Shown one piece after another: positions 35,735-44,059 of a stretch of DNA of 64,000 nucleotides; the first letter of the stretch is position 1, and every line of letters starts with the position of its first letter. Source of the stretch: an uncultured virus (IMG/VR IMGVR_UViG_3300037313_001079) (Duplodnaviria; Heunggongvirae; Uroviricota; Caudoviricetes); the IMG/VR virus record IMGVR_UViG_3300037313_001079; one strand, 5' to 3'. Below the pieces are notes generated by a model. The model did no database searches. It saw nothing but the letters and a program-made list of their open reading frames with translations, and had not been told where the DNA came from. The translations under genes and the position numbers were made by a program.

Positions 35735-36211
35735 TCAGCTCTCCCAGCCCCGGGCGACGTCCAGGGCACGGGACAGCGCCGAAGCGAGCGGCAGACGCTG
35801 AGCGTCCGGCAGCGTGATCGAGGCGGTCTCGACCCGGTCGCCGGTGTCCTCCGCGACCGCGAGCGTGAACCCGCCGTCGGCCGGCGCGAGGGTGAGGCCG
35901 TAGGAGTCGCCCAGCCAGGTCCCGATGCCTCCCTTGGGGGTTCCGTCGGGCCAGTGCGCGGTGTGCTCCCACGCCGCAGTGACCGGCTCGCCCAGTACGG
36001 CGATGAGCGTGGGGAGGTCGGTGGTCGTGATGGCGGCCTCCGCGGCCTGGGTCTTGCTGGCGGTGACGCGGATCATCACCTCGGCGCAGCCGGGGTCGTG
36101 GCGGATACCGGATGGAATGACGGTGAGGGTCGTCCCGTCGTTCGTGGTGTAGTCCCAGGGCTGGGGGGTGAGTTCGGCGATGGCGGTGTTGAGGGCGTCG
36201 CGGAAGTCCAT
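35735..36211 (-). CDS. Hypothetical protein
   Basis: 158 aa, AAGGAG RBS. Confidence 0.7.
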   Translation of the reverse strand: MDFRDALNTAIAELTPQPWDYTTNDGTTLTVIPSGIRHDPGCAEVMIRVTASKTQAAEAAITTTDLPTLIAVLGEPVTAAWEHTAHWPDGTPKGGIGTWLGDSYGLTLAPADGGFTLAVAEDTGDRVETASITLPDAQRLPLASALSRALDVARGWES

Positions 36212-36263
36212 GCGTTTCTCCTTGGCGGTGGGTTGAGGGTATGGCGGGGGTCAAACGGCGAGG

Positions 36264-36467
36264 TCAGAAGCCGCCGCCGGGGAAGATGGCCGCCCGGCCC
36301 GTGGCGGCAGGCGGCCGGACCATGTCGAGGTAGTGGTACAAGGCGCGAGCCGAGGGGCTGAGGCTGTTCCAGTCCGCCGCGTCCAGGTCGGCGACGATCT
36401 CCCGGACCTCGGTGAGGGACAGCTCGACGGTGGCGGTGCCGTCGTCGGTGACCTTGATGATCTGCAT
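36264..36467 (-). CDS. Hypothetical protein
   Basis: 67 aa, AAAGGA RBS. Confidence 0.6.
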   Translation of the reverse strand: MQIIKVTDDGTATVELSLTEVREIVADLDAADWNSLSPSARALYHYLDMVRPPAATGRAAIFPGGGF

Positions 36468-36477
36468 GAGGTTCCTT

Positions 36478-36816
36478 TCAGGCGGCGAGCAGCATGCGGG
36501 CGGCGAGCTGGTGGTAGCAGCGGCTGCCCTTCAGGCCGGCGGGGCAGGTGCAGCCGGTGGGGGCGGTCTTGTAGGTCTCGGTGCCGTCGGTGGAGACGGT
36601 GATGAAGACGACGCTGCGGAGGGGGATGATCGCGCCGTCCTCGATGAGCTCGCGGGCCGACTGGACCTGGTGCGGCTTGTAGTCGGCGAGCTCGACGGCG
36701 GCACGGCGGATGTGGCGGGCGCAGGTGGGGCCGTAGCCGGCGGCCTGGCTCTTGGCGCTGGTGAGGGTGCGGCCGCAGCGGAGGCAGTGGGTGTGGGTGG
36801 TGGCTGCGGCGTTCAT
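36478..36816 (-). CDS. DUF6011-like zinc finger fused to SWIM-type zinc finger
   Basis: CLRCGRTLT...S...GYGPTC and CTCPAG...CYH. Confidence 0.75.
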   Translation of the reverse strand: MNAAATTHTHCLRCGRTLTSAKSQAAGYGPTCARHIRRAAVELADYKPHQVQSARELIEDGAIIPLRSVVFITVSTDGTETYKTAPTGCTCPAGLKGSRCYHQLAARMLLAA

Positions 36817-36834
36817 GGTGGCTCCCTCGTTCTC

Positions 36835-36905
36835 GGTGTACGTACACCGTAGCGCGAGGTGTACGTACACCGCAAGGGGTTCAGGCCTACCGGTGTCCGT
36901 ACACC
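36835..36905. promoter_or_regulatory. Three palindromic operators GGTGTMCGTACACC
   Basis: 36835-36848, 36858-36871 (perfect) and 36892-36905 (one mismatch) between divergent genes. Confidence 0.8.
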
Positions 36906-36922
36906 CGCGATACCCTGAACCC

Positions 36923-37111
36923 ATGCCGAACGCCCCCAAGACAAAGCACCGATCCGTCCGCATCGAAGACCAGGACTGGGCCGACCTCGCCGACCGCGCA
37001 CCCGGCGGCGACCGCGCAGCCGTCATCAAAGACCTGGTGCGCTGGTACCTACGCCGAGAAGGGGCCAAGCTGCCGACGCGCCCGGCGAGCAGCGAGGAGA
37101 AGACCGCATGA
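36923..37111 (+). CDS. Ribbon-helix-helix regulator (probably leaderless)
   Basis: KHRSVRIEDQDWADL...RAAVIKDLVRWYL; TACCCT -10 six nt before ATG. Confidence 0.75.
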   Translation: MPNAPKTKHRSVRIEDQDWADLADRAPGGDRAAVIKDLVRWYLRREGAKLPTRPASSEEKTA

Positions 37112-37518
37112 GCGACCATGAACGCCGGACCGAGATCTGCCCCGACTGCCACGCCACCCCTGAAAACCGGGACGCCCGCATCATCACGGCCAGCAAGGAC
37201 AAGACCACGGGCGAGTACTACACGGTCGAGACGTGGCACAGCAGCGACTGCCCGGCCTACACAATCAACCAGATCCTCATGGAGGACGGCGTCCGCCGGG
37301 CCAAGGAGCGAAGCGAGTGGGGGCACAAGGCGTTCCCCGCCGCCTACGAACGCGTTATGCGGGCCGGGGTGAGCCAGCAATTCGAGGCACACGCACGCCC
37401 GTTCGTGGCGGCGCTCCTACAACTACTCGATGAGCAGGCCGAAGACCTCGGCCGCTTCGTGCCGTTCGAGCGATGGGCCGAGATCTTGAACGAGCACTTC
37501 CCTGCCGACGCCGAGTAG
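37108..37518 (+). CDS. Hypothetical protein coupled to RHH gene
   Basis: 136 aa, CPDC and HxxxC. Confidence 0.65.
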   Translation: MSDHERRTEICPDCHATPENRDARIITASKDKTTGEYYTVETWHSSDCPAYTINQILMEDGVRRAKERSEWGHKAFPAAYERVMRAGVSQQFEAHARPFVAALLQLLDEQAEDLGRFVPFERWAEILNEHFPADAE

Positions 37519-37533
37519 CGCACCGCATGACGA

Positions 37534-37566
37534 CGGCCCCGCCCGGACAACTCCGGAGCGGGGCCG
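37534..37566. terminator. Stem-loop between convergent genes
   Basis: CGGCCCCGC / GCGGGGCCG. Confidence 0.65.
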
Positions 37567-37580
37567 CTGCATATTGGGCG

Positions 37581-37985
37581 TCAGTAGCCGCCGGACGCCC
37601 GCAACTGCTCCTTCACATCCGCCAGGTTCCGCGGACACCAACCCTTCACCCCCGACACCACCAGCGTGTACGCATCCGGCTTGGCCGTACCCCAGTCGTC
37701 CCCAGCCGGATACAGGCCACCACCACCAATCGAGAGCATCCACTCCACGCTGTGACCGGCATCGAGCGCCTTGCACCACTCCGGTGGGAACAGGAGCAGG
37801 TCATCGTCGGACGGCGTCCCGTTGAACTGGATCCCGTGAGCGTCCGCCAGGTACAGCGTCTCCTTGCTGACGGTTGCCGTGTGCTTCGGCTTCGCGGCCG
37901 GCTTGGCGTCGGTGTGGGTGTTGCCGCAGCCGGCGAGGGCGAGGCTGGCAGCGAGTACGGCGGTGGCAGCGATGCAACGGTTCAT
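37581..37985 (-). CDS. Lipoprotein
   Basis: Signal peptide with lipobox LAGC; 134 aa. Confidence 0.8.
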   Translation of the reverse strand: MNRCIAATAVLAASLALAGCGNTHTDAKPAAKPKHTATVSKETLYLADAHGIQFNGTPSDDDLLLFPPEWCKALDAGHSVEWMLSIGGGGLYPAGDDWGTAKPDAYTLVVSGVKGWCPRNLADVKEQLRASGGY

Positions 37986-38012
37986 GATTCCCCCCAGGGA
38001 TGTTGTGCGGGT

Positions 38013-38049
38013 GCGCCCCGCTGCCGACGGGGAGAGAGCAGCGGGGCGC
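38013..38049 (-). terminator. Stem-loop closing the transfer operon
   Basis: GCGCCCCGCTGC / GCAGCGGGGCGC. Confidence 0.7.
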
Positions 38050-38066
38050 GGGTTTCAGTGTGGCAG

Positions 38067-38516
38067 TCAGCTGCCGTTGTTGACTTCGGTTCGGCCGAGC
38101 CACTTCTGATGGACGTGGGTCTCGTTGCGGACGTTCACCACGCTCCGGCCGCGCATGCTGCCCGCGGCGAGGAGCAGCGCGGCCAGGATCGCCAGACCGC
38201 TCGATCCCATCAACGCGATCCCCGCGGCCAGCTGGTTGAGGCCGAACCCGACACCGGCACCGGCCGCGCCCACACCGACACCGCCGGCAAGCATGCGCTG
38301 CGCGAGCGGGTCGAGGACGGGCTGCGGGGTGAGGTCGCGAGGCGCCGGGCGGGGCGGGGCGTCCGGGAGTTGCGAGCGGCGCATCGGCACCATCTCCCCG
38401 TACGCGTTCGGTACCCAGGCGATCGGGTCGCGGTCGTCGTACAACTCGACCTCGGCCGGGCGCAGGGCCTGGGCGGGCTGGGCATAGCGCTGGTACCGCT
38501 CAGGCAGCGCAGACAT
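38067..38516 (-). CDS. Spd-like membrane protein downstream of traB
   Basis: Pro-rich N-terminus, LDPLAQRMLAGGVGVGAAGAGVGFG hydrophobic hairpin as in Streptomyces plasmid spread genes. Confidence 0.65.
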   Translation of the reverse strand: MSALPERYQRYAQPAQALRPAEVELYDDRDPIAWVPNAYGEMVPMRRSQLPDAPPRPAPRDLTPQPVLDPLAQRMLAGGVGVGAAGAGVGFGLNQLAAGIALMGSSGLAILAALLLAAGSMRGRSVVNVRNETHVHQKWLGRTEVNNGS

Positions 38517-38528
38517 GACAGGGGTTCC

Positions 38529-40622
38529 TCACTTCTCGGTGGGGCGGATGGCGTAGCGGCCGAAGCGGGGACGGTGCACGCGCGGATCAGCGGTGAGCCA
38601 GCGGCCGATGGTCGCCGCGTGCGGGACCTCGACGTTCGGGTACAGGCGACCGATCGCGTCCCGGATGGCCTCCGGGCCGATCCCGTCGGGGCCGGCTTTC
38701 GCGACGATCTCGTAGACCAGCTCTCGCCGCGGGTCGCCGTCCTCGCCGGTGTTGTTGGGCTCTGTGGCGCCGGCTGTCGGCGGCTGCCAGGTGACGCCGC
38801 CACCGGCGAGGATGTCGAGGAACCGGGCGTCCAGGTCGTCGTCGCGGCTGCTGGTCTCGTTCATCGCCTCGTGCAGCTTGCGGCGCGCAGCCTCGGCCCG
38901 GTCGATCGCCTCCTGCGCGTCGCCACCGGCCGGGCTGGTGCCCCAGTCCGCGGTGACGCCTCGACCTCGCGGCGGAGCGGCGGGCGTCTGCTGCTCCTCG
39001 ACCGCTACCGGTTCGGGCATGGGACCGCCGAAGAGGTGGTCGGTGCCGATCCACCGCTGCTCGTAGGCCTCACCGGCCGCCTTGCGGGACAGCTCGTCGA
39101 GCTCGGGGTGCCGGTCGGCGGTCGCCTTGACGATGTCGAGGATCTGCGAGGGCCGCATCCGGTACACCTTCAGCGGGTGGACCTGGCTGTCACCGTCCCG
39201 CACGAGCGCGCACCCCGGATAGGGGGCGTCCTCGGCGCTGGCGTTGTGGTTGTAGCCGAAGAAGTAGTTCAGCTCCGACTCGTCGGCGACCTTCATCCCC
39301 GCCTTGAACGTGGACTGCTTCAACACCTGCGGATCCGACAGGACATCCTGGGTGGCGCGCAGCCCGCTGGTGGTTTCATTGACGGCCGCAGCGCGGGCGA
39401 TCTCCAGCGTCTGGATGAGGTCGTCACCGATGGCCCGCAAGATCTCCCTACGCCGGTTCCGCGTGGAGAAGATCTCCGCGCCCTCGTCGTTGAAAACACG
39501 GACCTCCGGCACCTCGGCATCCACCGGGAGCTTGTCATCGTTCGCGGCGATCTCCCTGTCCTGATAGCCGACCTTCCGGGCCTTCGCCACCCGCACCAGC
39601 GCGGCAGCCATCGCACGGGCCTTCTCCGGGGTGTCAGCGACCCAGTCGATCGGCGGACGGCCCGGCTTGCCGGCCGCAGCCCACGCGCGCATCCACTTCA
39701 GGGCGAGGCCACCGCCGTTGAGGTCGATGACCCAGGTGATCGAGTCGACCATGCGGCACTGATTGGCGATCATCACGTTGAGCAGGTTCGTCTTACCCGA
39801 GCCACGCTGGCCGACGACCAGCATCGACGCCTGCCGGGGCACTGGGCCCTCGCCCGTACCGTCACGGAGAACACCGATGGGCGCGGCCTCGTTGACGGTG
39901 AGCGGCGAGTAGTCCTCTGGGTAGTACACGTCGTCGACGAGCCGGTTCACAGTGGACACGTGAATGAGAACCGCACCGCGGTGCGCACCCGGCCCCACGT
40001 CGACGCCGCACCCTTCGGGGAGCTTCGCATCCGAGGCGAGCTGGTCCTTGTACAGGGCGACGTCCTTCCAGCGGGTGCCGCCCTGGCCGCACTCGCCGTC
40101 GAGGCTGAACCCGCCACCGGACTCCCACACCTCGACACCGACGATCTGCACGACCGCACCGGCGCAGACGCGGACGATGCGGTCTTCCCACTCGTCCGCG
40201 ATCTGCTTGCGTTTGCCGTCCAGGGTGGCGCGCCGCGCGGCGGCCTCGGCCTCGGCCCGCTTCTCCTCGGCCTTCTCCTCGACGTGGTGCGCACCGGCCA
40301 TCGCCGCGCCGAGCCCGAGGACACCGGCAAGGAGACTGCCCATCCCCCACTGCGACCACGGCCCGGACGCGTTGGCGATGGCCCACGAGCACCAGCCGCC
40401 CGCACCCAGCCACCCCGCAGCACGCAGGGCGAGCGTCGCGAACGTGACCTTGTGGCGGCGGCCGGCGATGTGGCTGCCGACCAGCCCGGCGCCAGCGGTG
40501 AGGGCGGCCCACTCCCACGGCATGTGGAGGGTGTGGCCGGCGTAGCCGACAGCGAGCGCGGCGGCACCGGTGTTGATGGGGCCGGTGATCGCGCCGTGCT
40601 TGCCGTCCCAGTCGAGCTTCAC
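38529..40622 (-). CDS. traB: TraB-type FtsK/SpoIIIE conjugative DNA translocase
   Basis: GTG at 40622 with GGGAG RBS; N-terminal TM helices, Walker A GQRGSGKT, VIDLNGG, Walker B VFNDE, C-terminal winged-helix-like domain; 697 aa. Confidence 0.88.
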   Translation of the reverse strand: MKLDWDGKHGAITGPINTGAAALAVGYAGHTLHMPWEWAALTAGAGLVGSHIAGRRHKVTFATLALRAAGWLGAGGWCSWAIANASGPWSQWGMGSLLAGVLGLGAAMAGAHHVEEKAEEKRAEAEAAARRATLDGKRKQIADEWEDRIVRVCAGAVVQIVGVEVWESGGGFSLDGECGQGGTRWKDVALYKDQLASDAKLPEGCGVDVGPGAHRGAVLIHVSTVNRLVDDVYYPEDYSPLTVNEAAPIGVLRDGTGEGPVPRQASMLVVGQRGSGKTNLLNVMIANQCRMVDSITWVIDLNGGGLALKWMRAWAAAGKPGRPPIDWVADTPEKARAMAAALVRVAKARKVGYQDREIAANDDKLPVDAEVPEVRVFNDEGAEIFSTRNRRREILRAIGDDLIQTLEIARAAAVNETTSGLRATQDVLSDPQVLKQSTFKAGMKVADESELNYFFGYNHNASAEDAPYPGCALVRDGDSQVHPLKVYRMRPSQILDIVKATADRHPELDELSRKAAGEAYEQRWIGTDHLFGGPMPEPVAVEEQQTPAAPPRGRGVTADWGTSPAGGDAQEAIDRAEAARRKLHEAMNETSSRDDDLDARFLDILAGGGVTWQPPTAGATEPNNTGEDGDPRRELVYEIVAKAGPDGIGPEAIRDAIGRLYPNVEVPHAATIGRWLTADPRVHRPRFGRYAIRPTEK

Positions 40623-40642
40623 AACATGCTCCCAGTCGAGGG

Positions 40643-42061
40643 TTAGAGGTTGGCGGAGACGTCCCACATCCGCTCGCCCTGGCGGGGGTTCTCCAGGCGG
40701 GCGATGTCGACGTCGTGGAGCTGGTTGAACGCGGGCTTCAGTTCGGCGGCGAGTTCGGCCGCCTTCAGGTGGAGGCCGTGGATCTGCCGCAGGATCTCGG
40801 CGATGTTCGGATGCAGCGGCCAGTTCGCGTCCGCGTTCTCGACGGTCGTCTTCAGCGCCTCGGCGTGGATCCGCAGCGCCTCTTCCAGGCCGACGAAGTC
40901 TTGGCCGACTTGCAGCATCCCTTGCGGCTGGTAGGCGGCGGCGGCGCGCGCCATCTCGGTGGCGGCGGCAACGAAGTGGTGTCCACCGGACATGCGGGTT
41001 CCTCCTGCGGTGGTGGTGGTCGGGTTGGTGGGGCGCCGCACGGTCGCGGCGATGGCGGTCTCTTCGGTGGCGGCCGGGTCGGTGGCGCGGTCCTTTCGGC
41101 GTCGCTTCCATGCGGCCTTCAGGCGGGCGACGGCGGCTTTGCGTCCGCCGGCGAGGAGGCCCCAGGCCCCAGCGCCGACCGCGCACAGGCCGTCCCACAG
41201 CGCGCCACGGGCACGGCGGCCCTGCTTCGCGGCGGCCTTGCTGGCACGGGTGACGAGCGGGCGGCCGGCGTTGTAGGCGGCGCGGGCTGCTCGGCCAGCG
41301 GCGGCCTTCAGGGCGTGGCCCTTGCCGCTGCCGCCCGCCTTGGCCGTGGTGTCCTTGGCGGCGAGCTGCTTGGCGGCTTGCCTCAGCGCCTTCCGGGCTG
41401 TCTTCTCGGCGGCCTTCTGCTGCTGCTTGCCGTGGCGCTTGCTGTCGTCGAGGCGGTGGCGGCCCGGCCCATCGTGGCGGCCGGTGCCACTGTTGCGGAG
41501 CGCACCGCCGCCCTTGCCGAGGAGACCGCCACCCGTTCCGCTACGAGAGCGCGGCCCGGACGTACCGCCACCGCTACGCGGCAGAACGCCACGGCCGCCG
41601 CTACCGGAGCGCGTAGCGCCACCGCTACGACCGCCACGCGGCCCGCTACCGAACCCGCTACCGCCACGGCCGGAACCCGATCCGGACCCGCTACGCAGGC
41701 CGCTACCACCGGCGCTACGCAGCCGTGGCGCGGTAGCGCGGGAGGCTCGGACCGTGGCGCGCCGTCGGAGCGTGGCAGCCGTAGCGCCCGCCACGATCAC
41801 GACACCGGTAGCGGCAGCAGCGACCGGCCCGCCCACGCTGTACGCGGCCGTCGCGGTCATGGCCGTCGCGTTGCCCGCGCCCGCGAGGACGGGGGCCATG
41901 GGCAGGCCACGCGTACTGCGGCGCCGGGTCTGCTGCTCGGGCAGCTCGGGCACGGGCCACTCGGACGGCCAGGCCAGCACCGGGGACGGGCGCGCTTGTT
42001 CTTGTGTCTGCTCGGGCGGGGACGCGGCGGTGGTGTCGGGGGCGGTCTTGGTGCGGGCCAT
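40643..42061 (-). CDS. TraA-like accessory transfer protein
   Basis: 472 aa directly upstream of traB; hydrophobic segment, G/S/R-rich linker, helical C-terminus ending ENPRQGERMWDV. Confidence 0.6.
   Translation of the reverse strand: MARTKTAPDTTAASPPEQTQEQARPSPVLAWPSEWPVPELPEQQTRRRSTRGLPMAPVLAGAGNATAMTATAAYSVGGPVAAAATGVVIVAGATAATLRRRATVRASRATAPRLRSAGGSGLRSGSGSGSGRGGSGFGSGPRGGRSGGATRSGSGGRGVLPRSGGGTSGPRSRSGTGGGLLGKGGGALRNSGTGRHDGPGRHRLDDSKRHGKQQQKAAEKTARKALRQAAKQLAAKDTTAKAGGSGKGHALKAAAGRAARAAYNAGRPLVTRASKAAAKQGRRARGALWDGLCAVGAGAWGLLAGGRKAAVARLKAAWKRRRKDRATDPAATEETAIAATVRRPTNPTTTTAGGTRMSGGHHFVAAATEMARAAAAYQPQGMLQVGQDFVGLEEALRIHAEALKTTVENADANWPLHPNIAEILRQIHGLHLKAAELAAELKPAFNQLHDVDIARLENPRQGERMWDVSANL
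41538..41813. repeat. Cluster of CGCTAC/GTAGCG repeats inside traA-like gene
   Basis: 9 CGCTAC and 4 GTAGCG counted in about 275 bp. Confidence 0.8.
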
Positions 42062-42077
42062 CGGGCGGGGCTCCGTT

Positions 42078-42190
42078 CACTGTGACTGTGACTCTGACTG
42101 CAGTCGGACTCTGATCGGGTGGGGGTTTGCACTGTTCAGAGGGCGGGTGGGGGGATGACTGCAGTCGGCGGGCTGCAGTCACGGTCAGGG
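42078..42190. repeat. Intergenic GACTGCAGTC palindromes and GACT(G/C)T hexamer repeats
   Basis: GACTGCAGTC at 42096 and 42157, GGCTGCAGTC at 42171; tandem GACTGT-GACTCT-GACTGC. Confidence 0.7.
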
Positions 42191-43186
42191 TCAGGCGGCC
42201 CGCGGGCCAGGCAGCCCAGGGTTCTCCTCGCGGACCTGGGCGCGGATCTTCCGGGCCTGCTGCTCGCTGTGGGCCAAGCCAGCACCACCCAGCGCGTCGA
42301 CGATCGCGGACTGGCCCGGCTGGTGGTTGAGGCGCAGCCACAGCTCGCGAACGACGTACTGCGGGGTGCCGGGCTCGTAGCACGGGACGGTCTGATCGGA
42401 CACGGCGTCGGTGGGGGTGGCGGTAGCGGCGTCCGGTGTAGCGGTGGCGGCGTGCGTGGTGGCGCGCGACGGCTTCGGTGTAGCGGGCGCGGGCGCTGCT
42501 GGGCGTGGCGTGGCGGCCGCCGTAGCGGGAGGCGCTACGGCCGGGGGCACCGATGCGCTACTGAGCATGGCGGCCAGCGCGCTATTGGCGCCGTCGACGA
42601 TGCGAGTGTTCTGAACGTCGGTGAGGGCGCTACCGAGTGTGGCGTCGCTATCCCCGAGGCGGCCCATGAGCCGCCACGCCGCGAGCGCCGACACCTTCCG
42701 CACCCACGTCCACGGGTGGCGTTCGGCGCGCGCCCGGTGGTAGGCGATCCGCCGCAGGATGGCGGCGTTACGACGCTGCGCCTCGATGTCCACGCCGGTG
42801 CGGTGCACGACGATCCGCCGGGCGAGGAAGCTGATCCCTTCCGCGGACGCGGTCATCGCGAGGGGGGTGAGGGCGAACACGACGGCCTCGGTTGCGGTGG
42901 GGGCGATCGCCAGGCCCATTACGGAGCCGGCGGCGGGGAGCAGCCAGAGTGCGGCGCGGATGGTGAGCGGGGCTGTTTGGCCGAGCATGGTGACGCCGAT
43001 CATGACGAGGGCTGCGACGAGGGTGGCACCTTCACCGGCGGCGACGACGCCGAGGGCGGTCTCTTTACGGTGGAGGACGGAGCCGGCGTTGGCGTAGGTG
43101 CCGATGGCTCCGCCGATACCGACGGCGATCATCGGGAGGGTGGCGAGGATCAGGACGGCGATCTGTCCTCGGGTCAGCTTCTTCAC
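42191..43186 (-). CDS. SpdB-like multi-TM transfer/spread protein
   Basis: About four N-terminal TM helices, P/A/T linker, short C-terminal helical domain; in tra operon. Confidence 0.65.
   Translation of the reverse strand: MKKLTRGQIAVLILATLPMIAVGIGGAIGTYANAGSVLHRKETALGVVAAGEGATLVAALVMIGVTMLGQTAPLTIRAALWLLPAAGSVMGLAIAPTATEAVVFALTPLAMTASAEGISFLARRIVVHRTGVDIEAQRRNAAILRRIAYHRARAERHPWTWVRKVSALAAWRLMGRLGDSDATLGSALTDVQNTRIVDGANSALAAMLSSASVPPAVAPPATAAATPRPAAPAPATPKPSRATTHAATATPDAATATPTDAVSDQTVPCYEPGTPQYVVRELWLRLNHQPGQSAIVDALGGAGLAHSEQQARKIRAQVREENPGLPGPRAA
42423..42651. repeat. Second CGCTAC/GTAGCG cluster inside SpdB-like gene
   Basis: 4 GTAGCG, 3 CGCTAC, 2 CGCTAT; includes CGTAGCG-N5-CGCTACG at 42521-42539. 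Confidence 0.75.
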
Positions 43187-43214
43187 GGTGACGGCTCCGT
43201 GTAGAGGGGTCGGC

Positions 43215-43427
43215 TTAGGCGTGGCGCCAGGCGACGACGGCGAGTCCGGTGGCGATGAGGGCGGCGTACTGGATGTGCGCGTAGAAGCCCGCGAAGGCGA
43301 GGAGGGTGAAACCCCATCGAGCGACGGGCGAGCAGAGGGTGTTGAGGAGTGGGGAGCGGGCGCGGAGGCGTTGCCGGCGGCGTTTGCATTGGGGGCAGGG
43401 CGGCCGGCGGGTGGTGGTCTGTGCCAT
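43215..43427 (-). CDS. Small membrane protein (Spd-like)
   Basis: 70 aa, CPQC then two TM segments; GGAGG RBS. Confidence 0.6.
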   Translation of the reverse strand: MAQTTTRRPPCPQCKRRRQRLRARSPLLNTLCSPVARWGFTLLAFAGFYAHIQYAALIATGLAVVAWRHA

Positions 43428-43514
43428 GGCGCGCGCCTCCTGTCGTGGTTGGTGCCGGGCTGGCGGGACGGGAGGGGACCTGTCTTGCCGCCAGCCCGGC
43501 GGTCTCGGGGTGGG

Positions 43515-43643
43515 TTATGCGGTGCCGCGTCCGCCGCAGGTGGGGCAGGGGCGCCAGACGGTGACGTGGCCGCCGCCGGGGAGTGGGGTGGTGTCGGGGA
43601 AGCCGCCCCGGCCTCCGCAGCCTTGGCAGGGGCGCGGGCTCAT
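43515..43643 (-). CDS. 42-aa DnaJ-type zinc-finger peptide
   Basis: CQGCGGRG ... CPTCGGRG; ATGA-coupled; below ORF-track cutoff. Confidence 0.6.
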   Translation of the reverse strand: MSPRPCQGCGGRGGFPDTTPLPGGGHVTVWRPCPTCGGRGTA

Positions 43644-43894
43644 TGGGCGACCGCCGGGCGGGGCAGGGCGCGGCACTTCTCGGCGTGGCCTTGGGCGAGT
43701 TCACGGGTGCGGTGCTCGCCGAACGAGGCGTAGCCCTCGTCGCAGCCGAGGCAGGTCATGGAGGCGTGGTCGCCGCCGCCTCGGACGTCGACTGTGGCGC
43801 CTGCGACGGTGAGGTAGCGGGCGATGACGCCGTCGGGCCACGGCGCGGTCGTGGGGCTGGGCTGTTGCGCCGGCGTGCTTGTACCGTGTGTCAC
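43640..43894 (-). CDS. Small zinc-binding protein, first gene of transfer operon
   Basis: WPDGVIARYLTVAGATVD...CLGC...AQGHAEKCRALPRP. Confidence 0.7.
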   Translation of the reverse strand: MTHGTSTPAQQPSPTTAPWPDGVIARYLTVAGATVDVRGGGDHASMTCLGCDEGYASFGEHRTRELAQGHAEKCRALPRPAVAQ

Positions 43895-44004
43895 GGCTGT
43901 CCTTCCTGTTCACGGCAGGTGGATGGCTGGCCCCGGCGGGAGGTGCAACTCCTGCCGGGGCCGTTCTGTTGAGCGAGCAGTGGTGGCTGCTGCCCAGTAC
44001 CGAC

Positions 44005-44024
44005 TGTACGGGATACCCCGTACA
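44005..44024. promoter_or_regulatory. Palindromic operator overlapping divergent -10 elements
   Basis: TGTACGGG-ATAC-CCCGTACA; TACACT (+, 44021) and TACAGT (-, 44008). Confidence 0.7.
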
Positions 44025-44059
44025 CTGGCAATGCGGCCTGCCCACGGAAGGGACAGGGC

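Noticed and set aside
37473..40646. 1057-aa + strand ORF, and similar long antisense ORFs (1134-2777, 14575-16521, 21837-23756, 32648-34360)
   Set aside because: Shadows of real minus-strand genes caused by stop-codon scarcity in GC-rich DNA; no motifs or RBS
41538..42651. Repeat clusters as a CRISPR array
   Set aside because: Repeats are 6-8 bp, irregularly spaced and inside ORFs; no cas genes
43931..43960. Hairpin with GTTGCA loop (minus strand) in the tra operon leader as a tRNA fragment or ncRNA
   Set aside because: Single stem-loop only; not enough to call an RNA gene
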